A DNA stretch of 64,000 nt from Caulobacteraceae bacterium (GCA_947476325.1 CANJPZ010000001.1:202021-266020), one strand, 5' to 3'. Positions 38,377-49,099 are shown, counted from the first letter of the stretch. The notes: generated by a model not told the origin, from the letters alone. Numbers and translations are program-made.

Positions 38377-39924
38377 ATGTTCGACAATCTGACCGATAAA
38401 CTGACAGACGTCTTCGACCGGCTTTCTGGTCGCGGGGTGCTGTCGGCCAAGGATGTCGACGAGGCCATGACCTCGGTCCGCGAGGCCCTGCTCGACGCCG
38501 ACGTCGCCCTGCCGGTGGTGCGCGACTTCATCGCCGTGGCCCGTGAACGCGCGGTGGGCGGCGACGTGGTCAAGTCGATCCGTCCCGCCGACCAGGTGGT
38601 CAAGATCGTCCATGACGGCCTGGTCGAGATGCTCGGTGGGGACGGCCCGCCGGTCGGGCTGAACCTGGCCGCCAATCCGCCGGTCGTGATCCTGATGGCC
38701 GGCCTGCAGGGCTCGGGCAAGACCACCACCTCGGCCAAGCTGGCCCTGCGCCTGACCCGCACGGACCGCAAGAAGGTCCTGATGGCCTCGCTGGACACCC
38801 GGCGTCCGGCCGCCATGGAACAGCTGGCCCAGCTGGGAAGCCAGATCGAGGTCGAGACCCTTCCTATCGTCGCCGGCCAGGCGGCGCCCGACATCGCAAA
38901 GCGCGCCCTGTCTGTGGCCAAACTGGGCGGTTATGACGTCCTGATCCTCGATACCGCCGGCCGCACCACCCTGGACGAGGCCATGATGGCCGAGGCCGCC
39001 GAGATCGCGAAAATCTCGAACCCGACCGAGACCCTGCTGGTCGCCGACGCCCTGACCGGCCAGGACGCGGTGCGCACGGCCAAGGCCTTCCATGAACGCC
39101 TGCCGCTGACCGGGCTGATCCTGACCCGCGCCGACGGCGACGGACGGGGCGGGGCGGCGCTTTCGATGCGCCACGTCACCGGCCTGCCGATCAAGTTCCT
39201 GGGCACATCCGAAAAGGTCGACGGCCTCGACGCCTTCGACGCCCAGCGCGTTGCCGGCCGCATCCTCGGCATGGGCGACATCGTTGGCCTGGTTGAAAAA
39301 GCCGCCGCCGAGATGGACCAGGCCAAGGCCGAGCGCATGGCGCGCCGCATGGCCAGGGGCAAGTTCGACTTCGACGATCTGGCCAACCAGCTGGATCAGA
39401 TGAAAAAGCTGGGCGGGCTGTCGGGCCTGATGGGCCTGCTGCCGGGTGTCGCCAAGCTGAAGAACCAGATGGCCGACATGGGGGTCGGCGACAAGATGCT
39501 CGACCGCCAGCGGGCGATTATCAATTCCATGACCAAGGCCGAGCGGCGCAAGCCTGACCTGCTGGACGCCAAGCGCCGCCGGCGCATTGCGGCCGGGGCC
39601 GGTGTCGACGTCGCCGAACTGAACCGGCTGATCAAGCAGCACCGCCAGATGTCCGACACCTTCAAGACCATGAGCCGCGACGGTGGCAAGTCGATGGCCA
39701 GGATCGCCCAGATGATGGGCGGCGGCATGCCGGGAATGCCCGGCGGCATGGGCGGCGGCGGCGCGGGCGCCGCGGGCGGCATGCCTGACATGGAGCAATT
39801 GAAAGCCCTGACCGGCGGCAAGATGCCGTCGATGGAAGAGCTTGCGAAACTGACCGGAGGCTCGGGCGGCCTTCCTGGTCTTGGAAGTCTGCCGCCCGGA
39901 CTCAATCCCTTCAAAAAGAACTAG
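38377..39924 (+). CDS. ffh: Signal recognition particle protein Ffh
   Basis: GLQGSGKTTT, DTAGR, TRADGD, and a Met-rich M domain with a GGMPGMPGGMGGGG tail. Confidence 0.96.
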   Translation: MFDNLTDKLTDVFDRLSGRGVLSAKDVDEAMTSVREALLDADVALPVVRDFIAVARERAVGGDVVKSIRPADQVVKIVHDGLVEMLGGDGPPVGLNLAANPPVVILMAGLQGSGKTTTSAKLALRLTRTDRKKVLMASLDTRRPAAMEQLAQLGSQIEVETLPIVAGQAAPDIAKRALSVAKLGGYDVLILDTAGRTTLDEAMMAEAAEIAKISNPTETLLVADALTGQDAVRTAKAFHERLPLTGLILTRADGDGRGGAALSMRHVTGLPIKFLGTSEKVDGLDAFDAQRVAGRILGMGDIVGLVEKAAAEMDQAKAERMARRMARGKFDFDDLANQLDQMKKLGGLSGLMGLLPGVAKLKNQMADMGVGDKMLDRQRAIINSMTKAERRKPDLLDAKRRRRIAAGAGVDVAELNRLIKQHRQMSDTFKTMSRDGGKSMARIAQMMGGGMPGMPGGMGGGGAGAAGGMPDMEQLKALTGGKMPSMEELAKLTGGSGGLPGLGSLPPGLNPFKKN

Positions 39925-39942
39925 CAAAAACAGGAACTTGAT

Positions 39943-40506
39943 ATGCTCAGAATTCGTCTCGCCCGTGGCGGCGCCAAGAAGCGCCCCTACTACTCCATCG
40001 TTGTCGCCGACAGTCACTCGCCCCGCGACGGCCGCTTCATCGAAAAGGTTGGCACCTATAACCCGCTGCTCAAGAAGGACGATCCGGCCCGGATCACCCT
40101 GAAGATGGAATCCATCGAAGCCTGGCTGAAAAAGGGCGCCCAGCCGTCCGACCGCGTCGCGCGCTTCCTGTCGCAACAGGGCGTGGTGAAGTGGGAACAC
40201 GGCAACAACCCCAACAAGGCCAAGCCGGGAACCAAGGCCGTGGAACGCGCCGCCGAACGCGCCCAGCGCGAAACCGACCGCGCCGAAGCTCTCGCCGCCG
40301 CTGCCGCCGCCCCCCCGCCGCCCCCAGCGCCGGAACCGGAACCCGAAGTGGTCGCTGAAGAAGCCCCCGCCGCCGAGGAAGCTGCTCCCGCCGAGGTCGC
40401 GGCTGAAGAGGCTCCCGCCGCCGAAGCTGCTGCTGAAGAAGCCCCTGCCGCAGAAGAAGCGCCCGCCGCCGAAGCTGCACCGGCCGAAGAAACCACCGAA
40501 GGATAG
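39943..40506 (+). CDS. rpsP: 30S ribosomal protein S16 with long Ala/Glu/Pro-rich C-terminal extension
   Basis: [41 protein letters not shown] core, then about 100 extra residues ending in AEEAPAAE-type repeats. Confidence 0.93.
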   Translation: MLRIRLARGGAKKRPYYSIVVADSHSPRDGRFIEKVGTYNPLLKKDDPARITLKMESIEAWLKKGAQPSDRVARFLSQQGVVKWEHGNNPNKAKPGTKAVERAAERAQRETDRAEALAAAAAAPPPPPAPEPEPEVVAEEAPAAEEAAPAEVAAEEAPAAEAAAEEAPAAEEAPAAEAAPAEETTEG

Positions 40507-40515
40507 TGTCTTTGT

Positions 40516-40540
40516 CTCCCGCCCCGCACAGGGGCGGGAG
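40516..40540 (+). promoter_or_regulatory. Perfect 10-bp GC hairpin between rpsP and rimM that contains the rimM Shine-Dalgarno
   Basis: CTCCCGCCCC-gcaca-GGGGCGGGAG. The 3' arm carries GGGAGG 10 nt before ATG 40551. No U-tract follows. Confidence 0.5.
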
Positions 40541-40550
40541 GCGATCCATC

Positions 40551-41078
40551 ATGACCAGTCCATCGCCCTCCAGCCTGATCCGGGTCGGCCGCGTCGCCGG
40601 CTCGTTTGGCGTGAAGGGCGAGGTGCGGATTACCGCCTTCACCGAAAAGTCGGCGGCCCTGCTCGAATACGGCAAGCTGCTGCGCGAGGACGGAACGACC
40701 GGTCTGACCATCGTCTCGGGCCGGGCCCAGAAGGGCGCCATCGTGGCCTTCGTAAAGGAAGTCGCCACCAAGGAAGAAGCTGACGCCCTGCGGGGACTGG
40801 CGCTCTATGTGCCCCGTCAGGCCTTTCCGGAGCCGGATGAGGATGAGTTCTATCTGGCCGACCTGATCGGCCTGCGGGTCATCTCGCCGGACGGTGAGGC
40901 CCTGGGCCAGGTCAAGGCGGTCCGCGACTTCGGCGCCGGCGACATTCTGGAAATCCAGCCGCCCTCGGGCGCCAGTTGGCAGGTGGCCTTCACCGTGGGC
41001 AATGTGCCGACCGTTCGCATCGCCGCCGGCGAAATCGTCGTCAATCGCCCGGCTGAAGTCTCCGAGCGAGACCCCTAG
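40551..41078 (+). CDS. rimM: 16S rRNA processing protein RimM
   Basis: RVGRVAGSFGVKGEVRI N-terminus and PRC-barrel C-terminus. Position after rpsP fits. Confidence 0.88.
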   Translation: MTSPSPSSLIRVGRVAGSFGVKGEVRITAFTEKSAALLEYGKLLREDGTTGLTIVSGRAQKGAIVAFVKEVATKEEADALRGLALYVPRQAFPEPDEDEFYLADLIGLRVISPDGEALGQVKAVRDFGAGDILEIQPPSGASWQVAFTVGNVPTVRIAAGEIVVNRPAEVSERDP

Positions 41079-41935
41079 CCCTCGATCATCGGGTCGCGGA
41101 AGCGCATCAGGCCTTCCTGGGCGACCGACGCCACCAGGGCGCCGGCCTTGGAATAGATCATTCCCCGCGTGAACCCACGCGCGCCGGACGCTGACGGGCT
41201 TTCTTGCACATAGAGATGCCAGTCGTTCATCTTGACCGGACGATGGAACCACATGGCGTGGTCCAGGCTGGCGCTCTGCAGGCCGGGTGTCTGGAACATC
41301 AGATTATGCGGCCGCATGGCGGCCTCGAGGATCCCGGCGTCCGAGACATAGGCCAGGACCGCCTGATTGAAGCCTTCATCGCCGCCCAGATCGGACTTGG
41401 TCCGGATCCAGGAATAGCGGCCGGATTTTTCCGGCCCGCCGCCGGGATTGAAGGTTCCGGCCGGGCGGATTTCCATCGGACGGGCGGCAAACCACAACTG
41501 CTGTTCGGGCGTTCGCTGGGAATAGCGTTCCTTGAAATCGTCCTCCAGCGCCTCGGGCGAGGGAACGTCCGGCATGGCGAACTGGTGCTCAAACCCGTCC
41601 TCGGTAATCTGGAAACTGGCCGCCAGGTTGAAGATCTGTTCGCCGTGCTGGATGGCCGCGACCCGGCGGGTTGCGAAGGACTTGCCGTCCCGGGCCCGCT
41701 CGACCTGATACAGCACCGGCGCCTTGGGATCGCCCGGCCGGATGAAATAGCAGTGCAGCGAGTGGCAGGTCAGTCCCTTGACCGTCTGGTAGGCCGCAGC
41801 CAGCGCCTGGCCGATCACCTGGCCGCCAAAAATCCGTCCGCGCGCCGAATCCGGACTATGGCCGCGAAACAGGTTCACCTCGATCGGATCGAGGGTCAGG
41901 GTCTTTTTCAGATCTTCGTAGGTGCTCATGCCCAA
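41075..41935 (-). CDS. tesB: Acyl-CoA thioesterase II
   Basis: Double hotdog fold; RIFGGQVIGQALAAA and HSLHCYFIRPGD blocks. Confidence 0.9.
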   Translation of the reverse strand: MGMSTYEDLKKTLTLDPIEVNLFRGHSPDSARGRIFGGQVIGQALAAAYQTVKGLTCHSLHCYFIRPGDPKAPVLYQVERARDGKSFATRRVAAIQHGEQIFNLAASFQITEDGFEHQFAMPDVPSPEALEDDFKERYSQRTPEQQLWFAARPMEIRPAGTFNPGGGPEKSGRYSWIRTKSDLGGDEGFNQAVLAYVSDAGILEAAMRPHNLMFQTPGLQSASLDHAMWFHRPVKMNDWHLYVQESPSASGARGFTRGMIYSKAGALVASVAQEGLMRFRDPMIEG

Positions 41936-41970
41936 GCGTTAAGCCCGGGCGATGCGCTCGCGCAAGCGCT

Positions 41971-42483
41971 TCAGCCGCCGAAAGCGGCCAGCAACTTGCT
42001 GTGCTGCGACAGAACCGGGTGGGGTTTTTCCTCATCGGTCTGGTCGACATACATGCGCCGGTCCAGATGCATGATCCGGTCATGCAGGCGCTGGGAACGT
42101 TCGATCAGCATGACCATGGCCGGCGGCAGCTCTTCGATGCCCTCCTGCGAGCCGTCCTCGGGGCGCTCGCGCAGGCGATAGCGATCCTCGCAGGCCGCCA
42201 GGGCGGTCATATTGCCTTCCTTGACCGCGCGCTGGACCAGCAGCCACGAGGCCACCTGCATCAGCCGGGTGGTCAGGCGCATGCTTTCCGAGGCGTAAGC
42301 CAGGGCGCCGCCTCTGGTCAGACGGCGTGATTCCTGACGGCCTGCGCCATCTAGATAGGCGGCGGTCTCCTCGACCAGCTCCATGCCTTCGTCAAAAATC
42401 CGGTCGAACAGTTCCGAGCGGGTGAAATCCATCACCACGCCCGCACGCCAGGGAGACGCCAAAATCGGCTCAGGTTCGTTCAT
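41971..42483 (-). CDS. rcdA: DUF1465 family protein, RcdA-type (regulator of CtrA degradation)
   Basis: 170 aa, helical; ...YASESMRLTTRLMQVASWLLVQRAV... matches my recollection of the DUF1465/RcdA family. Confidence 0.72.
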   Translation of the reverse strand: MNEPEPILASPWRAGVVMDFTRSELFDRIFDEGMELVEETAAYLDGAGRQESRRLTRGGALAYASESMRLTTRLMQVASWLLVQRAVKEGNMTALAACEDRYRLRERPEDGSQEGIEELPPAMVMLIERSQRLHDRIMHLDRRMYVDQTDEEKPHPVLSQHSKLLAAFGG

Positions 42484-42564
42484 AAGCTACCGTTCGTCCC
42501 CGCTTCCAAAGGCGCATGCACGCAACTGGCCTCCCAGGTTGCAACCCCTATGCCACGCAAAGTC

Positions 42565-42765
42565 CTAAAATTTGAACAGCGCATCGGCGGCCGACTTTCC
42601 GGACTGTTTCTTGTCCAATGCCCGGCGGGTGCGGGCCGCTTCGGCCTCCAGCCGTTCGATTCGTTCCGAAAGCTCGGAAACCCCGAACAGCTCAAGGTCT
42701 TCACGCTCGACCAGCACCAGGGCTGCGCCCCTTGCCTGCCTTGGCTCGGCGGGTTCTTCGATCAT
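42565..42765 (-). CDS. DUF1192 family small coiled-coil protein
   Basis: 66 aa from internal ATG 42765: ...EDLELFGVSELSERIERLEAEAARTRRALDKKQSGKSAADALFKF. The upstream part of ORF 42565..43578 is antisense to the quinone oxidoreductase gene. Confidence 0.7.
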   Translation of the reverse strand: MIEEPAEPRQARGAALVLVEREDLELFGVSELSERIERLEAEAARTRRALDKKQSGKSAADALFKF

Positions 42766-42858
42766 GTCTTCGCCCCCTTGTTCGCAACGTCTTGGTTCGG
42801 GTGAAAAGCAGGCGTATCTGACGCTCACAGCAGCCTTTACGCAAGGTCCGGAGATAAC

Positions 42859-43839
42859 ATGACGCCCAAGACAATGACCGCCATCGCCATCGAGGGTGGC
42901 AAGGGTCCGGCTTCGGCCCTTCATCCGGTGCAAATCGAGGCGCCTTCCCCGAAAGCGGGAGAGATCCTGATCGCCGTTCGCGCGGCGGGCGTAAACCGTC
43001 CCGATGTGCTCCAGAGACTGGGCGCCTATCCGCCCCCGCCAGGCGCGCCGGCGACCCTTGGCCTGGAAGTGGCGGGCGATGTGGTTGTCGCCGCTGGCCG
43101 CTGGAAGGTCGGCGACCGGGTCACCGCCTTGCTGGGCGGCGGCGGCTACGCTGAATACGCCGCGGTCGACGCCCGCCAGGCCCTGCCGATTCCAGCCGGG
43201 CTCGACTACGTCCAGGCCGCCGCCCTGCCCGAGACGGTGTTCACCGTCTTCGTCAATGTCTTTGAGCATGGCGGCCTGAAAGCCGGCGAAACCCTGCTGG
43301 TCCACGGCGCGACCTCGGGCATTGGTGTGGCCGCCATCCAGATGGCCAAGGCGGCCGGCGCCCGCGTCATCGCTACAGCCCGCGGCGCCGACAAGGCCAA
43401 GACGGCGCGCGATATGGGCGCTGACCTGGCCATCGACGCCTCGTCCCAGGACTTCGGCGCTGTGGTCGCCGAGGCCGGCGGGGCCGACGTCATTCTCGAC
43501 ATGGTGGGCGGCCCCTATTTCGAGGCCAATCTGACGGCGCTGAACTACCGGGGCCGCATCGTCTATATCGCCGCGCAAGGCGGCGGGAACATCGAGGTTC
43601 CGGTGTTCCGCCTGATGGCCAAGCAGGCGGTGATTACCGGTTCAACCCTGCGCCCTCGCGCCGCGGATGAAAAAGCCCGCATCACCGCGGAAGTCGAACG
43701 CATCGTCTGGCCGTGGATTGAGAAGGGTCTGGTCAAGGCCGTAGTCGACGCCACCTTCCCGCTTGCGGAAGCCGCAGCCGCCCACGCGCACCTTGAAAGC
43801 GGCGCCCATGTCGGCAAGATCATGCTGGTGAATCCCTAG
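42859..43839 (+). CDS. NAD(P)H:quinone oxidoreductase (zeta-crystallin/PIG3 type MDR)
   Basis: RAAGVNRPDVLQRLGAYPPPPGA and Rossmann VHGATSGIGVAAIQMAK. Confidence 0.9.
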   Translation: MTPKTMTAIAIEGGKGPASALHPVQIEAPSPKAGEILIAVRAAGVNRPDVLQRLGAYPPPPGAPATLGLEVAGDVVVAAGRWKVGDRVTALLGGGGYAEYAAVDARQALPIPAGLDYVQAAALPETVFTVFVNVFEHGGLKAGETLLVHGATSGIGVAAIQMAKAAGARVIATARGADKAKTARDMGADLAIDASSQDFGAVVAEAGGADVILDMVGGPYFEANLTALNYRGRIVYIAAQGGGNIEVPVFRLMAKQAVITGSTLRPRAADEKARITAEVERIVWPWIEKGLVKAVVDATFPLAEAAAAHAHLESGAHVGKIMLVNP

Positions 43840-43841
43840 CC

Positions 43842-44954
43842 ATGGCCGCCCCGCCCAGCCCGATCCGGACCGTTCCGGGAGTAGGCGAACCCGCGCCGCG
43901 GTTCGAGGCGCTGTCAGACACCAATCCCAGGTTCTCCTTCGAAATGGTGGTGGGCCGGTACATTGTGATGGGGTTTTTAGGCTCAGCCGGGGCGGGTCAC
44001 GCCATGGCGCCACTGGCCGCCATGGCTGCGAACCGGCAGCTGTTCGACGACGCCAACTTCTCGCTGTTCTGGGTTACGATCGATCCGGATGATCGCGCCA
44101 ATGGCCGCGTTGGCGACGCCCTGCCGGGGGTTAGGGTTTTCTGGGACTTCGACGCGTCGGTCTCACAGCTTTGGGGCGCGGCGGACGCAGCTGGTCCGGC
44201 GCAGCACCAACCAATGTGGTTCGTGGTGGATCCGCAGCTGCGGATCCTGATGGTTCTGCCGATGGCCCAGACCGACCAACTGCTCACCGCCTTGCATCAA
44301 CTGCCGCCGCCTGGCCTGCATGCCGGCTGCCCGGTTGCGGCGCCCGTTCTTATCCTGCCCAGGGTGTTTGAGCCGGAATTCTGCCGGGAGCTCATCGACA
44401 TCTTCAAGGCGGGCAATTCGTTCGAATCCGGCTTCATGCGCCAGGTTGGCGAGAAGACTCTGCTGGTCAAAGACTATGCGCAAAAGCGCCGCCGTGATGT
44501 CTTTATTGAAGATGTGCCCACCCAGGACCGGATTCGCGCCATAATGCGCACGCGGCTGAGACCTGAAATCGAACGCGCCTTCCAGTTTCGGTTGACGCGC
44601 ATCGAGCGTTATTTGGTGTCTTGCTATGATGCCGAGGACGGCGGCCACTTCCGGGCCCATCGTGACAATACCTCGACCGGCACTGCCCACCGCCGGTTCG
44701 CCGTCTCGATCAATCTGAACGCCGAGGACTATCATGGCGGCGATCTGGTGTTCCCCGAATTTGGCATGCAGACCTATCGCCCGCCGACGGGCGGCGCTGC
44801 GATCTTTTCCTGTTCGCTGATGCATGAGGCACGGCCGGTGACACGGGGTCAGCGGTTTGTATTCGTGCCATTCCTCTACGACGAGGCAGGCGAAGCCCTG
44901 CGCCTGGCCAATCTACACACCCTGGATGAGCGCTTGCGCGGGGGCTCTCCCTGA
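43842..44954 (+). CDS. Fusion protein: Cys-less redoxin/AhpC-TSA-like N-domain plus 2OG-Fe(II) oxygenase C-domain
   Basis: N-terminal GEPAPRFEALSD...GRYIVMGFLGSAGAG (peroxiredoxin-like layout but no Cys). C-terminal FRAHRDN...LMHEARPVTRGQRFVF (H-x-D ... H ... R). The start lies 2 nt after the qor stop. Confidence 0.7.
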   Translation: MAAPPSPIRTVPGVGEPAPRFEALSDTNPRFSFEMVVGRYIVMGFLGSAGAGHAMAPLAAMAANRQLFDDANFSLFWVTIDPDDRANGRVGDALPGVRVFWDFDASVSQLWGAADAAGPAQHQPMWFVVDPQLRILMVLPMAQTDQLLTALHQLPPPGLHAGCPVAAPVLILPRVFEPEFCRELIDIFKAGNSFESGFMRQVGEKTLLVKDYAQKRRRDVFIEDVPTQDRIRAIMRTRLRPEIERAFQFRLTRIERYLVSCYDAEDGGHFRAHRDNTSTGTAHRRFAVSINLNAEDYHGGDLVFPEFGMQTYRPPTGGAAIFSCSLMHEARPVTRGQRFVFVPFLYDEAGEALRLANLHTLDERLRGGSP

Positions 44955-45080
44955 CTGATTTTGCGTTTCCTTTCCACGCGCTATGGCCTATACCAAAATC
45001 ATTACCCGCCCGGCCGCAAGGCCGGGCGCCGTCATTTCCGGGCCCTGAAAATCGGATCCGCTGAAGAGAAGAATAAAACC

Positions 45081-45758
45081 ATGGCCGACCAGATCCTCTA
45101 TCCCAAGGCGACCGCCGTCTGGCTGGTGGACAATACCTCGCTGACCTTTGAACAGATCGCCGACTTCTGCGGCCTGCACCACCTTGAGGTCAAAGGCATC
45201 GCCGACGGCGAAGTGGCGCGCGATATCCGCGGCGCCGATCCCATCGGCAACGGCCAGCTGACCCGCGAGGAACTCGACCGCGCCGGCGCTGACCCCAAGT
45301 ACCGCATGCGCGCCAGCCAGGGCCGTCACGCCGAACTGCTCAAGGTCAACAAGAAGGGCCCGCGCTATACGCCGGTCTCGCGCCGCCAGGACCGCCCGGA
45401 CGCCATCGCCTGGTTCATCAAGCATCACCCGGAAGTCACTGACGCCCAGATCTCCAAGTTCCTCGGCACTACCAAGGCGACCATCGAGACCGTCCGCCAG
45501 GGCGAGCACTGGAACAAGTCGCAGATCAAGCCGATCGACCCGGTGACACTGGGCCTCGGCACCCAGCTCGAACTCGACGCCCTTGTCCGCAAGGCCGCCG
45601 ACAAGAAGGCCCGCGACGACAAAAAGAAGGGTATCGCGCCCGCGGGCGAGACCCTCAGGCCCGCGTCAGAAACCACGGCGCCGGAAATCGTCGAGGACGA
45701 GACCGTCGAGGATATTGCTGAAGACGCCGTCCTCGAGATGGAAGAAGACGAAGACTAG
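45081..45758 (+). CDS. DUF1013 family protein (family labelled cell-cycle transcriptional regulator TrcR in some databases, from memory)
   Basis: MADQILYPKATAVWLVDNTSLTFEQIADFCGLHHLEVKGIADGE... with an acidic C-terminal tail. Start at internal ATG 45081. Confidence 0.7.
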   Translation: MADQILYPKATAVWLVDNTSLTFEQIADFCGLHHLEVKGIADGEVARDIRGADPIGNGQLTREELDRAGADPKYRMRASQGRHAELLKVNKKGPRYTPVSRRQDRPDAIAWFIKHHPEVTDAQISKFLGTTKATIETVRQGEHWNKSQIKPIDPVTLGLGTQLELDALVRKAADKKARDDKKKGIAPAGETLRPASETTAPEIVEDETVEDIAEDAVLEMEEDED

Positions 45759-45762
45759 GCGA

Positions 45763-46590
45763 CTATCGCCCCGTGAACCGGGGCGATCGCTTTTCGCGGA
45801 AGGCCGTCAGACCCTCGCGCACATCGGCGCTGGGGTTGGCGATCATCACCGCCATCTGGGCGTCGTTCATGGACGATTCCAGACTGCTCCCGGCGGCGCC
45901 CGTCATCATCATCTTGACCAGCCGCAACGCCAGCGGCGCACGGCTTGCAAGGTCCTGGCACAGCGCCAGGGTCCGCGCTTCCAGCGCTTCATCAGCCACA
46001 ACCTCGGTGACCAGGCCAAGACTGGCGGCGGTCGCCGCGTCATAGATCTCGTGCAGCCAGGTCATCTTTAACGCCCGGTCCAGGCCCATGGCGCGCGGGA
46101 ACAGCCAGGCGCCGCCCTCGTCGGGCAACAGGCCCGCCTTGCCGCTGGTGTCGCCCAGCTTCGCCGAGGCACCCGCCAGGCGCAGGTCACAGCCCGTGGC
46201 CAGCGCCAGGCCGCCTGCCACGGCATAGCCCCGGATCATGGCCACAGAGGGCTTGTCGAGCCTGCGCAGGGCCAGCACGACGGCCTGCATGCCCTCGCGC
46301 ATCTCACGGCCGTGACCCATGGGCTGGGTCGCAACCTGTTCGCGGTGTTCGGGGTCTGAGCCCGAGATATCCCCGCCGGTGCAGAACGCCCGCTTACCCG
46401 CCCCGGTCAGGACCAGAACCTTCAGGGCGTCGTCCTCGCGGTAGGTGGCGATGGCGGCTGTCAACTCCTGGCACATGCAAAAAGTGTAGGCGTTCATCGC
46501 GGACGGACGGTTCAGGGTGATCCAGGCGATCCCGGGCCGTGGGACGTCGCAGACAATCGTTTCATAAGCCGTCTCGAAGGGCGGGGTCAT
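45763..46590 (-). CDS. Enoyl-CoA hydratase/isomerase family protein
   Basis: Crotonase motifs (LTGAGKRAFCTGGD, IRGYAVAGGLALATGCD). ATG 46590 overlaps the upstream gene's stop (ATGA). Confidence 0.85.
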   Translation of the reverse strand: MTPPFETAYETIVCDVPRPGIAWITLNRPSAMNAYTFCMCQELTAAIATYREDDALKVLVLTGAGKRAFCTGGDISGSDPEHREQVATQPMGHGREMREGMQAVVLALRRLDKPSVAMIRGYAVAGGLALATGCDLRLAGASAKLGDTSGKAGLLPDEGGAWLFPRAMGLDRALKMTWLHEIYDAATAASLGLVTEVVADEALEARTLALCQDLASRAPLALRLVKMMMTGAAGSSLESSMNDAQMAVMIANPSADVREGLTAFREKRSPRFTGR

Positions 46591-47387
46591 CCGTCGGCTC
46601 CGGTCCAGGCGACAAAGTTCGGCGCCCGGCGCTCGACGAACGAGACGGCCCCTTCGCGGGCGTCGGGATGGGACAGGCTCTCGCGCACCAGGGCATAGGT
46701 CTCGCGGGCTGCGGTGGGCAGGTCGGTCGCCAGGTGACGATAGACCTGAGCCTTGGCGATGGCCACGGCGCGGGGCGCGACCGTCCTGGCCATCTCCTCG
46801 ACATAGGTCTGGATCGCATCCAGCAGTCCGGCGGCCGGAACCAGCCGGTCGGCCAGGCCGATCCGGTAGGCTTCGGCCCCATCGATGCGGCGCGAACTCC
46901 ACAGCAAATCAAGCGCCCGCGACAGGCCGACCAGCCGCGGCAGCACCCAGCTCGACTGGTGCTCGGCGATCAGACCGCGCTTTGAAAACACTGTGGTCAT
47001 CACCGCTTCCTCGGCCATGAACCGCAGGTCGCACATCATGGCCAGGATAAAGCCCGCCCCGGCGGCCGGACCGTTTACAGCGGCGATGATCGGCTTGGAG
47101 ATTGAGGGCAGTTCGACAAACAGCCCGGGAACCTTGTCCTCGTCGGACACTTCAGCGATGCCCTCGCTGGTCGCGACCATAAGCTGTTCGGCGTCGATGC
47201 CAGCGCAAAAGCCCCGGCCCGCGCCGGTCACGGCAATGGCGAACACCGCTGGATCGGCCTCGCCCCGGCGCAGGGCGGCCAGGGCCTGGGCGATCATCGG
47301 CGTGGTCAGGGCGTTCAGCCGGTCGGGCCGGTTCAGGGTGACGAGCGCCAGCGGCCCCCGCACCTCGTAAAGCACTGTATCTTCCAT
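46587..47387 (-). CDS. Enoyl-CoA hydratase/isomerase family protein
   Basis: LNRPDRLNAL, TGAGRGFCAGID and AAVNGPAAGAGFILAMMCD. Confidence 0.88.
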   Translation of the reverse strand: MEDTVLYEVRGPLALVTLNRPDRLNALTTPMIAQALAALRRGEADPAVFAIAVTGAGRGFCAGIDAEQLMVATSEGIAEVSDEDKVPGLFVELPSISKPIIAAVNGPAAGAGFILAMMCDLRFMAEEAVMTTVFSKRGLIAEHQSSWVLPRLVGLSRALDLLWSSRRIDGAEAYRIGLADRLVPAAGLLDAIQTYVEEMARTVAPRAVAIAKAQVYRHLATDLPTAARETYALVRESLSHPDAREGAVSFVERRAPNFVAWTGADG

Positions 47388-47439
47388 GGCCGCCCCGCTT
47401 GTTATGGTTGGGGCAGACTATAACGGCGGCGGCGCGGGT

Positions 47440-48897
<1,458 letters not shown>

Positions 48898-49081
48898 GAC
48901 CTAAACACCCAACCATCACCGTCTCTCATTGCCCGGAGACGGCTCTTAAGCAGCCTGTTCTACAGACGAGGCGTAAAGGCGAGGTTTCGGAGAGGTGAGT
49001 CGGGGGTTAACGGTGCCCAAGCCGCGAGCCGCGAGGCGAGAGATAGCGCAACGTAAAATGATCCCGCTCCCCAACCACTCA

Positions 49082-49099
49082 TCCCGGCGCACGCCGGGA
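49082..49099. repeat. REP-like GC hairpin downstream of dnaJ
   Basis: TCCCGGC-gcac-GCCGGGA. Only one copy occurs in this window; the family assignment is from memory of similar alphaproteobacterial REPs. Confidence 0.3.
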
